NCBI GenBank assembly: GCA_038841535.1
Contig: JAWBTQ010000016.1
Span: forward strand, 1-13,946
Direction: 5' to 3'
DNA from: Sulfolobales archaeon
GTDB lineage: Archaea > Thermoproteota > Thermoprotei_A > Sulfolobales > NBVN01
DNA length: 13,946 nucleotides
The position numbers were made by a program, and so were the translations under genes. Below, one piece after another: positions 1 through 7,550 of this stretch (its first letter is position 1; the number at the start of each line of letters is the position of its first letter). The notes below the pieces were generated by a model. The model searched no databases. It saw only the letters and a program-made list of their open reading frames with translations, and was not told the DNA's origin.

Positions 1-551
1 TCTACGTAACAGAGTCTAGACCCGGTGGTGAGGGCAAGCTCACAGCGTCTTACTTAGGGAGGAGGGGGATCAAGGCACTCTTAGTAGTTGATTCTGCTGT
101 GAGGTACGTTATGAAGAACGTAGATAAGGTGTTAGTGAGTGCCGAAGCTATCGCCGCTAACGGGGCTGTAGTAAACAAGGTCGGGACCTCTGCTCTAGCT
201 CTAGCAGCTAAAGAAGCGAGAGTTAGGGTGTACGTAGTATCCGGTCTCTACAAGTTCGGTACTGAAACAGTCTTTGGGGAGCTCGTAACTATTGAGGAGA
301 TGGATAAGCCCGGCCTCGTGATACCCACCGAGAGAATTGGGGAACTGACCCCTTTATTAGGTAAGAGCCTCTACGTTAGAACTCCACTATACGACGTAAC
401 TCCTCCTGAGTATATAGACGCTATAGTGACAGAAAGAGGGTTGATAGCACCCCAAGCGTCTATCTACCTCGCACGAGAGCTAGTTGGTTGGCCTAAAGCA
501 CATAGAACTCTCGAAGTAATCCTATCCGAGGTGGCCTCCCTGTGGAGGTAG
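1..551 (+). CDS. eIF2B/ribose-1,5-bisphosphate isomerase family paralog, 5' part outside the window; catalytic Asp replaced by Glu
   Basis: The frame is open from base 3 (YVTESRPGGEG...DSAVRY) into the listed ORF, so 99 is not the true start. Family motifs are ESRP, SAEAIAANGAVVNKVGT, YKF and DVTPPEYIDAIVTERG. Confidence 0.9.
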   Translation, partial: YVTESRPGGEGKLTASYLGRRGIKALLVVDSAVRYVMKNVDKVLVSAEAIAANGAVVNKVGTSALALAAKEARVRVYVVSGLYKFGTETVFGELVTIEEMDKPGLVIPTERIGELTPLLGKSLYVRTPLYDVTPPEYIDAIVTERGLIAPQASIYLARELVGWPKAHRTLEVILSEVASLWR

Positions 552-1534
552 CTGGTTGTAGAGTGCCTGACGAAGTTGTCAGAATCAGGGAGGACATTAG
601 GAGCATGAAGATCCGTGGGGCTGGTAACATAGCGAGGAATGGGGCATTAGCTCTAGCTGTAGCCGCAGAGAGGTTCTGCGGTGAAGATTTAGAGGAGTTT
701 TTGAGGTACATGAAGGCTGTTGCCGACTTCGTCCGTTCTGCTAGACCTACAGCAGTCTCACTACCTAACTCCGTATCCTACGTTATGAGTAGGCTTGAAA
801 AGAGTAATCCACCGTCTGTGGAGGAAGCTAGAGAAGTGGTTGTGAGAGCGGCTCGAGAATTCGTTAAATACTCAGAAAACGCTGTGAAAGTCATTGCTCA
901 GCTAGGTGCGAAAAGAATCGAGAAAGGAGATACCATCATGACTCACTGCCACAGTACTGCGTCAGTAGCTGTAATCCTGGAAGCCCACAAACAAGGGAGA
1001 GTAGCAAGAGTCTTCGTTAAAGAGACGAGACCCGCGCTTCAGGGGCTAATAACGGCTAGAGAGCTGGCTAAGGAAGGCGTTGAAGTCGTGCTAATACCTG
1101 ATTCAGCTGTAAGGTACTACATGAAGAAAGTAGATAAGGTCGTTGTCGGTGCTGATGCTATAGCAGCTAATGGGGCTGTAGTAAACAAGATAGGGACTTC
1201 TCTCGTTGCTCTAGCAGCCAAGGAGGCGAGAGCTAGAGTATACGTTGCTAGTGAGTCATACAAGTTCAGTCCGTTCACAATTATTGGAGAACTAGTCCCC
1301 ATAGAGATGAGAGACCCTACTGAGGTAGTAGATCAGGAGTGGCTTAATGAAAACCAGAACGTTCAAGTACTCAACCCAGTATTCGATGTAACACCACCAG
1401 AGTATGTGGACGCTATCATCACAGAGATCGGAGTCATCCCACCTCAAGCGGCTATACTAATACTGGTGGAAGAATACGGAATAACACCGCTGACTGTTGA
1501 ACACTACCCCGCTCTTCACCCCGACGCCGATTAA
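542..1534 (+). CDS. Ribose-1,5-bisphosphate isomerase (R15Pi, e2b2 type)
   Basis: Motifs MKIRGA, RPTAVSL, THCHS (Cys136), ETRP, GADAI (Asp205), NKIGT and NPVFDVTP. The Cys-Asp spacing of 69 aa equals that of the Thermococcus kodakarensis catalytic pair C133/D202. RBS GAGGTG at 528-533; overlaps the upstream gene by 10 nt. Confidence 0.92.
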   Translation: MEVAGCRVPDEVVRIREDIRSMKIRGAGNIARNGALALAVAAERFCGEDLEEFLRYMKAVADFVRSARPTAVSLPNSVSYVMSRLEKSNPPSVEEAREVVVRAAREFVKYSENAVKVIAQLGAKRIEKGDTIMTHCHSTASVAVILEAHKQGRVARVFVKETRPALQGLITARELAKEGVEVVLIPDSAVRYYMKKVDKVVVGADAIAANGAVVNKIGTSLVALAAKEARARVYVASESYKFSPFTIIGELVPIEMRDPTEVVDQEWLNENQNVQVLNPVFDVTPPEYVDAIITEIGVIPPQAAILILVEEYGITPLTVEHYPALHPDAD

Positions 1535-1778
1535 GGTTAGTGGCACTATGACTACCTCCTCTTAATGTTCTATGAGGGGATACACGAAGTCCGGCCTCAT
1601 TCCTATTCATCCGCATACTTAAGTCTGAGGCGACTCGCTGTAGCCATCAACCTTATGAGCTTCCCAGTGGGGCAACGTTGTAAGTCGCGAGTAACTCAAA
1701 AGCGCTGAAGACCTTGGCAAGCTGTAGAGCAACACATATATGCTGGAGGTGTGTTAGTACTCTTAAGAGGTGGTGCTA

Positions 1779-2678
1779 GTGATAGTGCTGGGAGGGTCTG
1801 AGGGAGCGCATGTAGGCTTTGAACTGTCTAAACTGATAGGGGCAAGGTACCATGACGTCGAGGTGAAAGAGTTTCCAGATGGGGAGCTTTATGTTAGGAT
1901 CCCGGTAGATCTGAGTGGTTTAGACGTTGTCTACGTGAACTCTCTAGCTAAGCGCCCGAACGAGCTTCTTGTAGAGACTGTTCTCACTCTAGAGACCATA
2001 GCGGACGTAGGAGCTAGAACCATACACGCCGTGCTGACTTACATCCCATACGCAAGGCAGGACACCAGGTTTAAACCTGGTGAAGCCGTTAGTGCTCTAG
2101 TAATAGCAAAGCATCTGAAGTCGCTGCGAATAGACCGATTGTATACTTTCGACTTACACTTACACAGATTCAGAGACCCGAGGCACCTCTTCGGCGATAA
2201 CTTTGTAAACCTTACGGCAGTTAGAGACCTCGTTAGGTACATTAGCGCGTCCCACAAGCTGAGAAACTGCGTTATCGTAGGTCCCGACGAAGAGTCAGAA
2301 CAGTGGGCTAAAGTAGCATCAGAAGAGCTCGGGGGTCTTCCGTACACAGTCATGGAGAAAAAGAGGATTAGTGCCTCAGAGGTCGTAGTAGAGCCGCGAA
2401 ACCCCGATATCGTTGCTGGGAGATCGGCGATAGTGGTAGACGACATCATAAGTACGGGTGGCACCATAGTGGAGACAGTTAGAGTACTGAGGAACTTGGG
2501 GGTAAGAGAAGTCTACGTTGCTGTAACTCACGCCATACTTGCCGGCAGAGCACTCAGTAAGTTAACCCAACTTGAGCTAGAGGATCTCGTGGCATCAGAC
2601 ACAGTATTGAGTCCGATAAGTAAAGTACGTACAGCTCCGATAATAGCTAGGTCTTTCCTAAACCCGATTAGCCCTTGA
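1779..2678 (+). CDS. prs: Ribose-phosphate diphosphokinase (PRPP synthetase) family protein, atypical subfamily
   Basis: Motifs FPDGE, PYARQD..FKPGE and the PRPP-binding loop VVDDIISTGGT. The ORF opens at 1770. GTG 1779 (MIVLGGS) is preferred because GAGGTG at 1767-1772 lies 6 nt upstream. Confidence 0.9.
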   Translation: MIVLGGSEGAHVGFELSKLIGARYHDVEVKEFPDGELYVRIPVDLSGLDVVYVNSLAKRPNELLVETVLTLETIADVGARTIHAVLTYIPYARQDTRFKPGEAVSALVIAKHLKSLRIDRLYTFDLHLHRFRDPRHLFGDNFVNLTAVRDLVRYISASHKLRNCVIVGPDEESEQWAKVASEELGGLPYTVMEKKRISASEVVVEPRNPDIVAGRSAIVVDDIISTGGTIVETVRVLRNLGVREVYVAVTHAILAGRALSKLTQLELEDLVASDTVLSPISKVRTAPIIARSFLNPISP

Positions 2679-2778
2679 GACACGATCTCTTGAGGAGGAA
2701 GCTCCGGTAGCTCGTTGCTAAGTCCACTAGACTATTTCGTTTTTATGCTTGTTTATTCAGATGCTTAAGGGTTTTGTA

Positions 2779-3618
2779 GTGAGTTTAGGTAAGGTCTACG
2801 TCGGAACTGCGGGAATACCTAACTCTACAAAGCGGAAGAACACTATTGAGGGAATAAAGAGAGTTGCCGAGCTAGGCCTCAGCGCTATGGAGCTAGAGTT
2901 CGTCAGAGGCATTAACTTAACCCCAATAACTGCGGCTAGAGCGCGCGAGGTATCGAAAGAACTCGGCGTTGTCTTAACTGCTCACGCTCCCTACTACATC
3001 AACCTCCTCTCGGACAGGATAGACGTGAGGAAGGCATCCATTCAGAGAATAGTGGAGTCAGCTAAGGTCGCTTACATGGCTGGAGCATGGTCTGTAGTAT
3101 TTCACTCCGGGTACTACGGAAAGTGTGATCCCGAAGAAGCTGTCAGAATAGTTAGAGACTCCCTCAAGCAAGTAGTGAAGACTCTCGCAGACATGGGCGT
3201 GAAGGTGTGGGTGAGGCCTGAAACAATGGGTGGTGTGGCTGAAGTCGGTTCATTAAGTGAAGTTCTGTCTATAGTTGAGGGTGTAGAGATGGCTCTACCC
3301 GCTATAGACTTCGCACATATCTACGCTAGAAGCATCGGTAGGATAAACGACTTAGAAAGCTTTAGAGAAATTCTTGTAGAAGTAGAAAAACGTCTTGGCT
3401 CTGAAGCTCTAAGGAACTCCCACATACACATGTCCGGTATAACGTACGGAGAAAGAGGTGAGAGAGCCCACCTAAACTTCGATGAATCGGAATTCAACTG
3501 GGCTGCGGCTGTGGGAGTACTTAAGGAGTTCGATGTCGGAGGAGTAGTGATATCTGAGTCGCCAAACCTAGAGGAAGATGCCTTAAAGATCCTTAGCCTC
3601 CTGAGAGTAAGTAAGTAG
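2779..3618 (+). CDS. Archaeal endonuclease IV (AP endonuclease, TIM barrel)
   Basis: Metal-ligand motifs HAPYYINL, VVFH, PETMG, IDFAH, HIH, H(LNF) and ISESP. The start is uncertain (2749, 2761 or 2779). TTTATTCA at 2752-2759 fits a leaderless start at 2779. Confidence 0.85.
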   Translation: MSLGKVYVGTAGIPNSTKRKNTIEGIKRVAELGLSAMELEFVRGINLTPITAARAREVSKELGVVLTAHAPYYINLLSDRIDVRKASIQRIVESAKVAYMAGAWSVVFHSGYYGKCDPEEAVRIVRDSLKQVVKTLADMGVKVWVRPETMGGVAEVGSLSEVLSIVEGVEMALPAIDFAHIYARSIGRINDLESFREILVEVEKRLGSEALRNSHIHMSGITYGERGERAHLNFDESEFNWAAAVGVLKEFDVGGVVISESPNLEEDALKILSLLRVSK

Positions 3619-3690
3619 TAGCTAACGCTAGTGGATACCTTGACGTAGTGTCAGGAGTTCGCTAGTTGCCTTCCCCTTCCCCAGATCTAG

Positions 3691-5325
3691 CTAGCTCTGG
3701 TCTTCGTGTACTTCGATCTCGCTAACTACCGATAGGTCCTTTCTCCTCTTCGCATGTAGCTCCTCGGCCGTTCCCTTAGTCACTATTTCGTAGAGCCTAG
3801 CAACCTTCCCCGGGCTAGGCCTGAGGAGACGGCCGAGCCTCTGCACGAACTGCCTAGGCGAGGATGTTCCGGCAACTAGAATACCGACAGTTGCGTCGGG
3901 TATGTTCAATCCCTCATCTCCTACAGTAGTAACGACTAGGATCCCTTCTCGCCTCTCTCGGAAAGCTTTCAGGATCTCTTCACGTTTAAGTCCTTCCGTA
4001 TCCCCAGTTAAAAGCATCCCACCGACTTCTTCAGCTATCTTTCGGGCTAAGTCTACGTAATGTGCGAAGACTATGATCTTAGCTCCCCGCTCTTTTTCAA
4101 CTACCTCCCTTACCTTCTCCAGCTTAGAGTCACTCATTTGAACTATCTTCCTCATCTCCGTAACTAGCTTGAGAGCCTCTATAGCTCTTCGGTCACCCCT
4201 TCTAGCAGCCTCTAGAACATCCTCGAACTTAGCTCCATTCACTAGGTCTCTGTACTTCTTCTTTAGCTCCAGGTACTTCTTTCTCTCGTCAGGCTTGAGA
4301 CCTACCTTCAAGGTTATGACCTCGTACTGAGCTAAGTAGCCTGCTTCAGCAAGTTCTGACGGTAGCTTATAGTAGACTACACCCCCCATCAGTGGAAATA
4401 GCTCTACGTGCTTACCGTCCTCTCTATAGGGAGTAGCCGACAAACCCAGCCTCTTAGGTGCTGGAGACCCTAGCGCTATCGCCTTAAACTTCTCTGCGGG
4501 TAGGTGGTGTACTTCATCAACCACTAGGAGGCCGAAGTGAGGAGCCAGCCTGCTTATGTACCTAAAGGCAGACTGGTACGTAGTTATAGTAATAGGGGCC
4601 AACCTCTTCTCCTCTGAGTAGTAAAAACCGATCATCTCCGGAGGTACGTCCGTTGCCTTGAGGAACTCTTCGTACCACTGCTTAACGTGGTCTTTAGTTA
4701 TAACGACTATTAGCGCTCTCTCCCTAGTTTCCGCTATTGCCGCTATAGCGACTAGAGTCTTCCCCGAGCCCGTTGGGAGCGCTACCACACCCCTGTGAGA
4801 GTTCTTAATCCACCTATCTACAGCCTCCCTCTGGTAGTCCCTTAAGGCAACTTTTAGAGAGACCTGCGTTCCCAGCTCAACTCTAGTTAAAAAACCAGTT
4901 CTATCAACTACTCTAATCCCGTACTTCTTTAGTGCCTCTACGAAGGAGCTGTAGTAGTACGGGTGGAGGACGAAGAGCTTGCCCTCACGCCTATACTTCA
5001 ACTTGAACTCAGAGAAAGCCTCCCTTAAGTCCTCCCCTAGAAAGAAGTTGAACTTTATGCACACGTAGTTCGTACAGTACGTTAGGTCAGCAACCTTACT
5101 CGACGGAAAGAGATCCCTTAGTAGTGCCTCGTCAAATTCCGCCCCAACATCGTTTAGTAGAGTAACTATTTCCTCTACGTCAACTTTCTCTTTAGCCACC
5201 TTACTCTTACTAACTCTAAAGATTGAGCAACCACCTTCACGACCTACGTAGTCTGTGTACTTAATTAGCTCCTGAAATTCTTCCTCAGATAGCCATCTAC
5301 ACACACGTACTTCTAGAGATTTCAA
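3691..5325 (-). CDS. xpb: XPB/Rad25-type superfamily 2 DNA helicase
   Basis: Q motif LRDYQ, Walker A LPTGSGKT, DEVHH, LSATPYREDG (XPB RED motif), DEGLNIP and QRLGRLLR. TTG start preceded by GGAGTGG. Confidence 0.88.
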   Translation of the reverse strand: MKSLEVRVCRWLSEEEFQELIKYTDYVGREGGCSIFRVSKSKVAKEKVDVEEIVTLLNDVGAEFDEALLRDLFPSSKVADLTYCTNYVCIKFNFFLGEDLREAFSEFKLKYRREGKLFVLHPYYYSSFVEALKKYGIRVVDRTGFLTRVELGTQVSLKVALRDYQREAVDRWIKNSHRGVVALPTGSGKTLVAIAAIAETRERALIVVITKDHVKQWYEEFLKATDVPPEMIGFYYSEEKRLAPITITTYQSAFRYISRLAPHFGLLVVDEVHHLPAEKFKAIALGSPAPKRLGLSATPYREDGKHVELFPLMGGVVYYKLPSELAEAGYLAQYEVITLKVGLKPDERKKYLELKKKYRDLVNGAKFEDVLEAARRGDRRAIEALKLVTEMRKIVQMSDSKLEKVREVVEKERGAKIIVFAHYVDLARKIAEEVGGMLLTGDTEGLKREEILKAFRERREGILVVTTVGDEGLNIPDATVGILVAGTSSPRQFVQRLGRLLRPSPGKVARLYEIVTKGTAEELHAKRRKDLSVVSEIEVHEDQS

Positions 5326-5363
5326 CAGCTATACCACTCCACCATGTGAGTGTGAACTATTAT

Positions 5364-5711
5364 TTAAACACTCAACTCGTCGACACCGTCTCTCTTAGCT
5401 ACAATGTCGCCGTCACTCAACAGTACTAGCGGTTCTTCTATCTCGACTTCAGTACTTGATTCAACAGATGTCCTGAGTACTAGAGTCAGTATGAGGTAGT
5501 CACCAACTTTACTAACCTTTACTTTCCTAACCACACTGCGAGTTAGAATGTCGGACACAACATCGCTCTTTCTCGCTGATTGAAGGGAACTAGTAACGCC
5601 CTTAGTCATGCTTAGAACTCTTAGAGATAGCGGTTTATCTAGACTGACTAAAACGACTAGAGTGGCGAGTACCACTATGGTAGCTATTACTACATACTCC
5701 AGCTCCAACAC
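5364..5711 (-). CDS. Hypothetical protein with one N-terminal hydrophobic helix
   Basis: 115-aa ORF with hydrophobic YVVIATIVVLATLVVLVSL. It is co-oriented with xpb (38-nt gap), and a TTTAAA box lies about 30 nt upstream (about 5739-5744). Confidence 0.7.
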   Translation of the reverse strand: MLELEYVVIATIVVLATLVVLVSLDKPLSLRVLSMTKGVTSSLQSARKSDVVSDILTRSVVRKVKVSKVGDYLILTLVLRTSVESSTEVEIEEPLVLLSDGDIVAKRDGVDELSV

Positions 5712-5984
5712 CTACTCAGATGCTACGAGAGCCGTTTCTTTAAAGCAGTAAGTTAAATCGCTACTTAGAAGCAGTTCCTCAATAGAACACTGCGGTAACT
5801 ACTAAGGTGATGTTCTACGAGGTTTTACAGGTTTCTACCGTGTATAACCCGAGAATCAATTAGAAGTAGCTGTGGTCTAGCGCAGCCATTAGTGTTATAG
5901 AGAAGGTGGCCCTAGCTCCAGTGGCGAGAAGTTCGAGAGTCTTGGAGCCAGAACGTTGTCAAAGGGCTTTCGTTTGAGTTGAGC

Positions 5985-6038
5985 GTAGAAAAGCTTATAA
6001 GGCCATACTAATTAATCAATACGAACCAAGTCAGGTGA
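5985..6038 (+). promoter_or_regulatory. Putative BRE/TATA promoter and RBS of alba
   Basis: Purine-rich GTAGAAAAG followed by CTTATAA (5994-6000), and GGTGA at 6034-6038 before ATG 6045. Confidence 0.55.
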
Positions 6039-6044
6039 TAAGAA

Positions 6045-6341
6045 ATGAGTGGTCCAACACCCGCAGCTACAAACGTAGTCCTAGTAGGTAAGAAGCCTGT
6101 AATGAACTACGTAATGGCGACACTAACTCTGTTACACCAGGGAGTTCCTGAGATAGTGATAAAGGCTAGGGGAAGAGCCATCAGTAAGGCCGTAGATGCT
6201 GTTGAAATCGTGAGGAGTAGGTTCCTACCCGATAGAGTTGAGGTAAAGGACATTAGGATCGGGAGCCAGGTACTAACCACTAGCGACGGCAGGCAGTCTA
6301 GGGTCTCAACTATCGAGATCATCTTAGCGAAGAAGGGCTAA
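6045..6341 (+). CDS. albA: Chromatin protein Alba (Sac10b family)
   Basis: [33 protein letters not shown] and IGSQVL...[10 protein letters not shown]; 98 aa. Confidence 0.98.
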   Translation: MSGPTPAATNVVLVGKKPVMNYVMATLTLLHQGVPEIVIKARGRAISKAVDAVEIVRSRFLPDRVEVKDIRIGSQVLTTSDGRQSRVSTIEIILAKKG

Positions 6342-6384
6342 GAACTTCGTAATAACGCAGGCGAAAGCTAAGCAGTGTTTTTAG

Positions 6385-7062
6385 ATGAAGATAAAGGAGT
6401 TAAAACTCCCCGCACTTCAGGTAGCGCTTGACTTCACTTCTCTTAATAGAGCTATCGAAGTCTTAAGTAGAATTAGCGATTTGGATATAGGTATAGTCGA
6501 AGTCGGGACGCCGCTGATCAAGTCAGAGGGAGCGAGGTCTATATCGAGAGTTAGGGAGCTCGCTGGTGGAAAACCGGTACTTGCTGATACTAAGACCGTC
6601 GATGTGGGTGCTCTTGAAGCAGAGATAGCCATTAGAGCAGGTGCCGACTTTCTGACAGCTATAGCATCAGCTGACGATGCCGTTATAGAGTCTGCTGCTA
6701 GAGCTGCTTGGGAACTCGGTGGTGATCTAGTAGTAGACTTCATAGGGTTTAGAGGGGATGTACTAAGCAGAGCTAGAGAGCTAAGTGAGGTCGGCATATC
6801 GTCAGTAAACATACACGTAGGTATAGACGTCCAGAGATCACTCGGGCTTACGGCTACCGACATGCGCATCTTAGTGAAGCGGCTCTCAGCTGAGTTGAGT
6901 GGTTTAGTTATATCTGTGAGCGGTGGAATCAAACCAGAAGACATCCCGCAGCTCATAGATGCGGGAGCACAGATAGTCGTTGTTGGAGGAGCTATAACTA
7001 GGTCATCTGACCCGAGGGAAGCGGCAGTAAAGTGCCTAAAAGCGCTCAAGCGTATCAGATAG
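6385..7062 (+). CDS. 3-hexulose-6-phosphate synthase (OMPDC/HUMPS barrel), stand-alone
   Basis: LQVALD, EVGTPLIKSEG, ADTKTVDVG, HVGIDVQ, SGGIK and VVGGAIT; no fused PHI domain. Confidence 0.85.
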   Translation: MKIKELKLPALQVALDFTSLNRAIEVLSRISDLDIGIVEVGTPLIKSEGARSISRVRELAGGKPVLADTKTVDVGALEAEIAIRAGADFLTAIASADDAVIESAARAAWELGGDLVVDFIGFRGDVLSRARELSEVGISSVNIHVGIDVQRSLGLTATDMRILVKRLSAELSGLVISVSGGIKPEDIPQLIDAGAQIVVVGGAITRSSDPREAAVKCLKALKRIR

Positions 7063-7207
7063 CAAACCAGTCCCACGGCTTACCTCAAGTTCTTGGATTA
7101 TGTTGGTGGTAGTTAAACTCTTCGATGTATGATGGTGTTTAACTCATTATTGCCGTAGACTTAGCTACAAATATATTTCTAGAACTGAATCTAGTAGTGT
7201 GTTAACC

Positions 7208-7531
7208 ATGGCTAAGCTGAGTAAACTAATACTGGTAACAGCTGACCACCACCCGCTTCACAAGTACTTTAAGGAATTAGCTGAGGAGTTGAGTAAGAAG
7301 TATGGAGTTCCCCTAGATGTTAGAGTAGAGGACTACCTATTTCTGATAGAGCATGGAGATACAGACGAGTACGGAATGGCGTGGTTGCCTCAGCTGCTCG
7401 CAGAGCTAGATTCTGGAGAGATAGTCAAGGTCTTAACGAAGCCCGTCCTAGACTCCATGGGGAACATAAGCAAAGACAACGATCTAGGTACTTCAATAGT
7501 GAATATAGAGAAAGCCACTACCGGAAAGTAG
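7208..7531 (+). CDS. Hypothetical protein, probable thioredoxin-like fold without cysteines
   Basis: ORF 7199/7208-7531 with AAATATATTT upstream (7169-7178). The pattern LILVTADHHPLHK..KELAEELSKKYGV..GMAWLPQLL..DSGEIV parallels the Trx/Grx pattern. Confidence 0.75.
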   Translation: MAKLSKLILVTADHHPLHKYFKELAEELSKKYGVPLDVRVEDYLFLIEHGDTDEYGMAWLPQLLAELDSGEIVKVLTKPVLDSMGNISKDNDLGTSIVNIEKATTGK

Positions 7532-7550
7532 AGTAAAAGTTTTTATGAAA
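7532..7550. terminator. Possible bidirectional oligo-T terminator
   Basis: 19-nt spacer between convergent genes, AGTAAAAGTTTTTATGAAA, with T runs on both strands. Confidence 0.35.

Noticed and set aside
542-1534. Alternative call as methylthioribose-1-phosphate isomerase (MtnA)
   Set aside because: It lacks the MtnA N-terminal DQ extension and the HCNAG/T motif; IRGAG, THCHS and GADAI fit R15Pi.
1653-1708. Possible C/D box sRNA (TTATGA...CTGA, about 55 nt)
   Set aside because: Poor C box, no convincing D'/C' boxes and no recognisable rRNA/tRNA guide.
2039-2467. 142-aa minus-strand ORF and the other short antisense ORFs (493-711, 1117-1302, 6107-6322, 7882-8097, 11825-12010)
   Set aside because: They lie opposite motif-supported genes and show no coding features.
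3681-3700. CCAGA...TCTGG inverted repeat at the endonuclease IV/XPB junction
   Set aside because: The 5-bp stem overlaps coding sequence and has no T-tract; insufficient support for a terminator.
5810-5863. Short ORF MFYEVLQVSTVYNPRIN after AAGGTG
   Set aside because: Only 17 codons, and the RBS-like word abuts the start codon; unsupported.
5905-5950. tRNA-like words GGTGGCCC-TAGCTCCAGTGG...GTTCGAGA...GCCA with a GCTCCA/TGGAGC inverted repeat
   Set aside because: Only about 46 nt, with no anticodon arm, and the T and acceptor stems do not pair; likely chance.
6417-7076. 219-aa minus-strand ORF
   Set aside because: Antisense shadow of the well-supported HPS gene; Ser/Thr/Pro-rich with no motifs.
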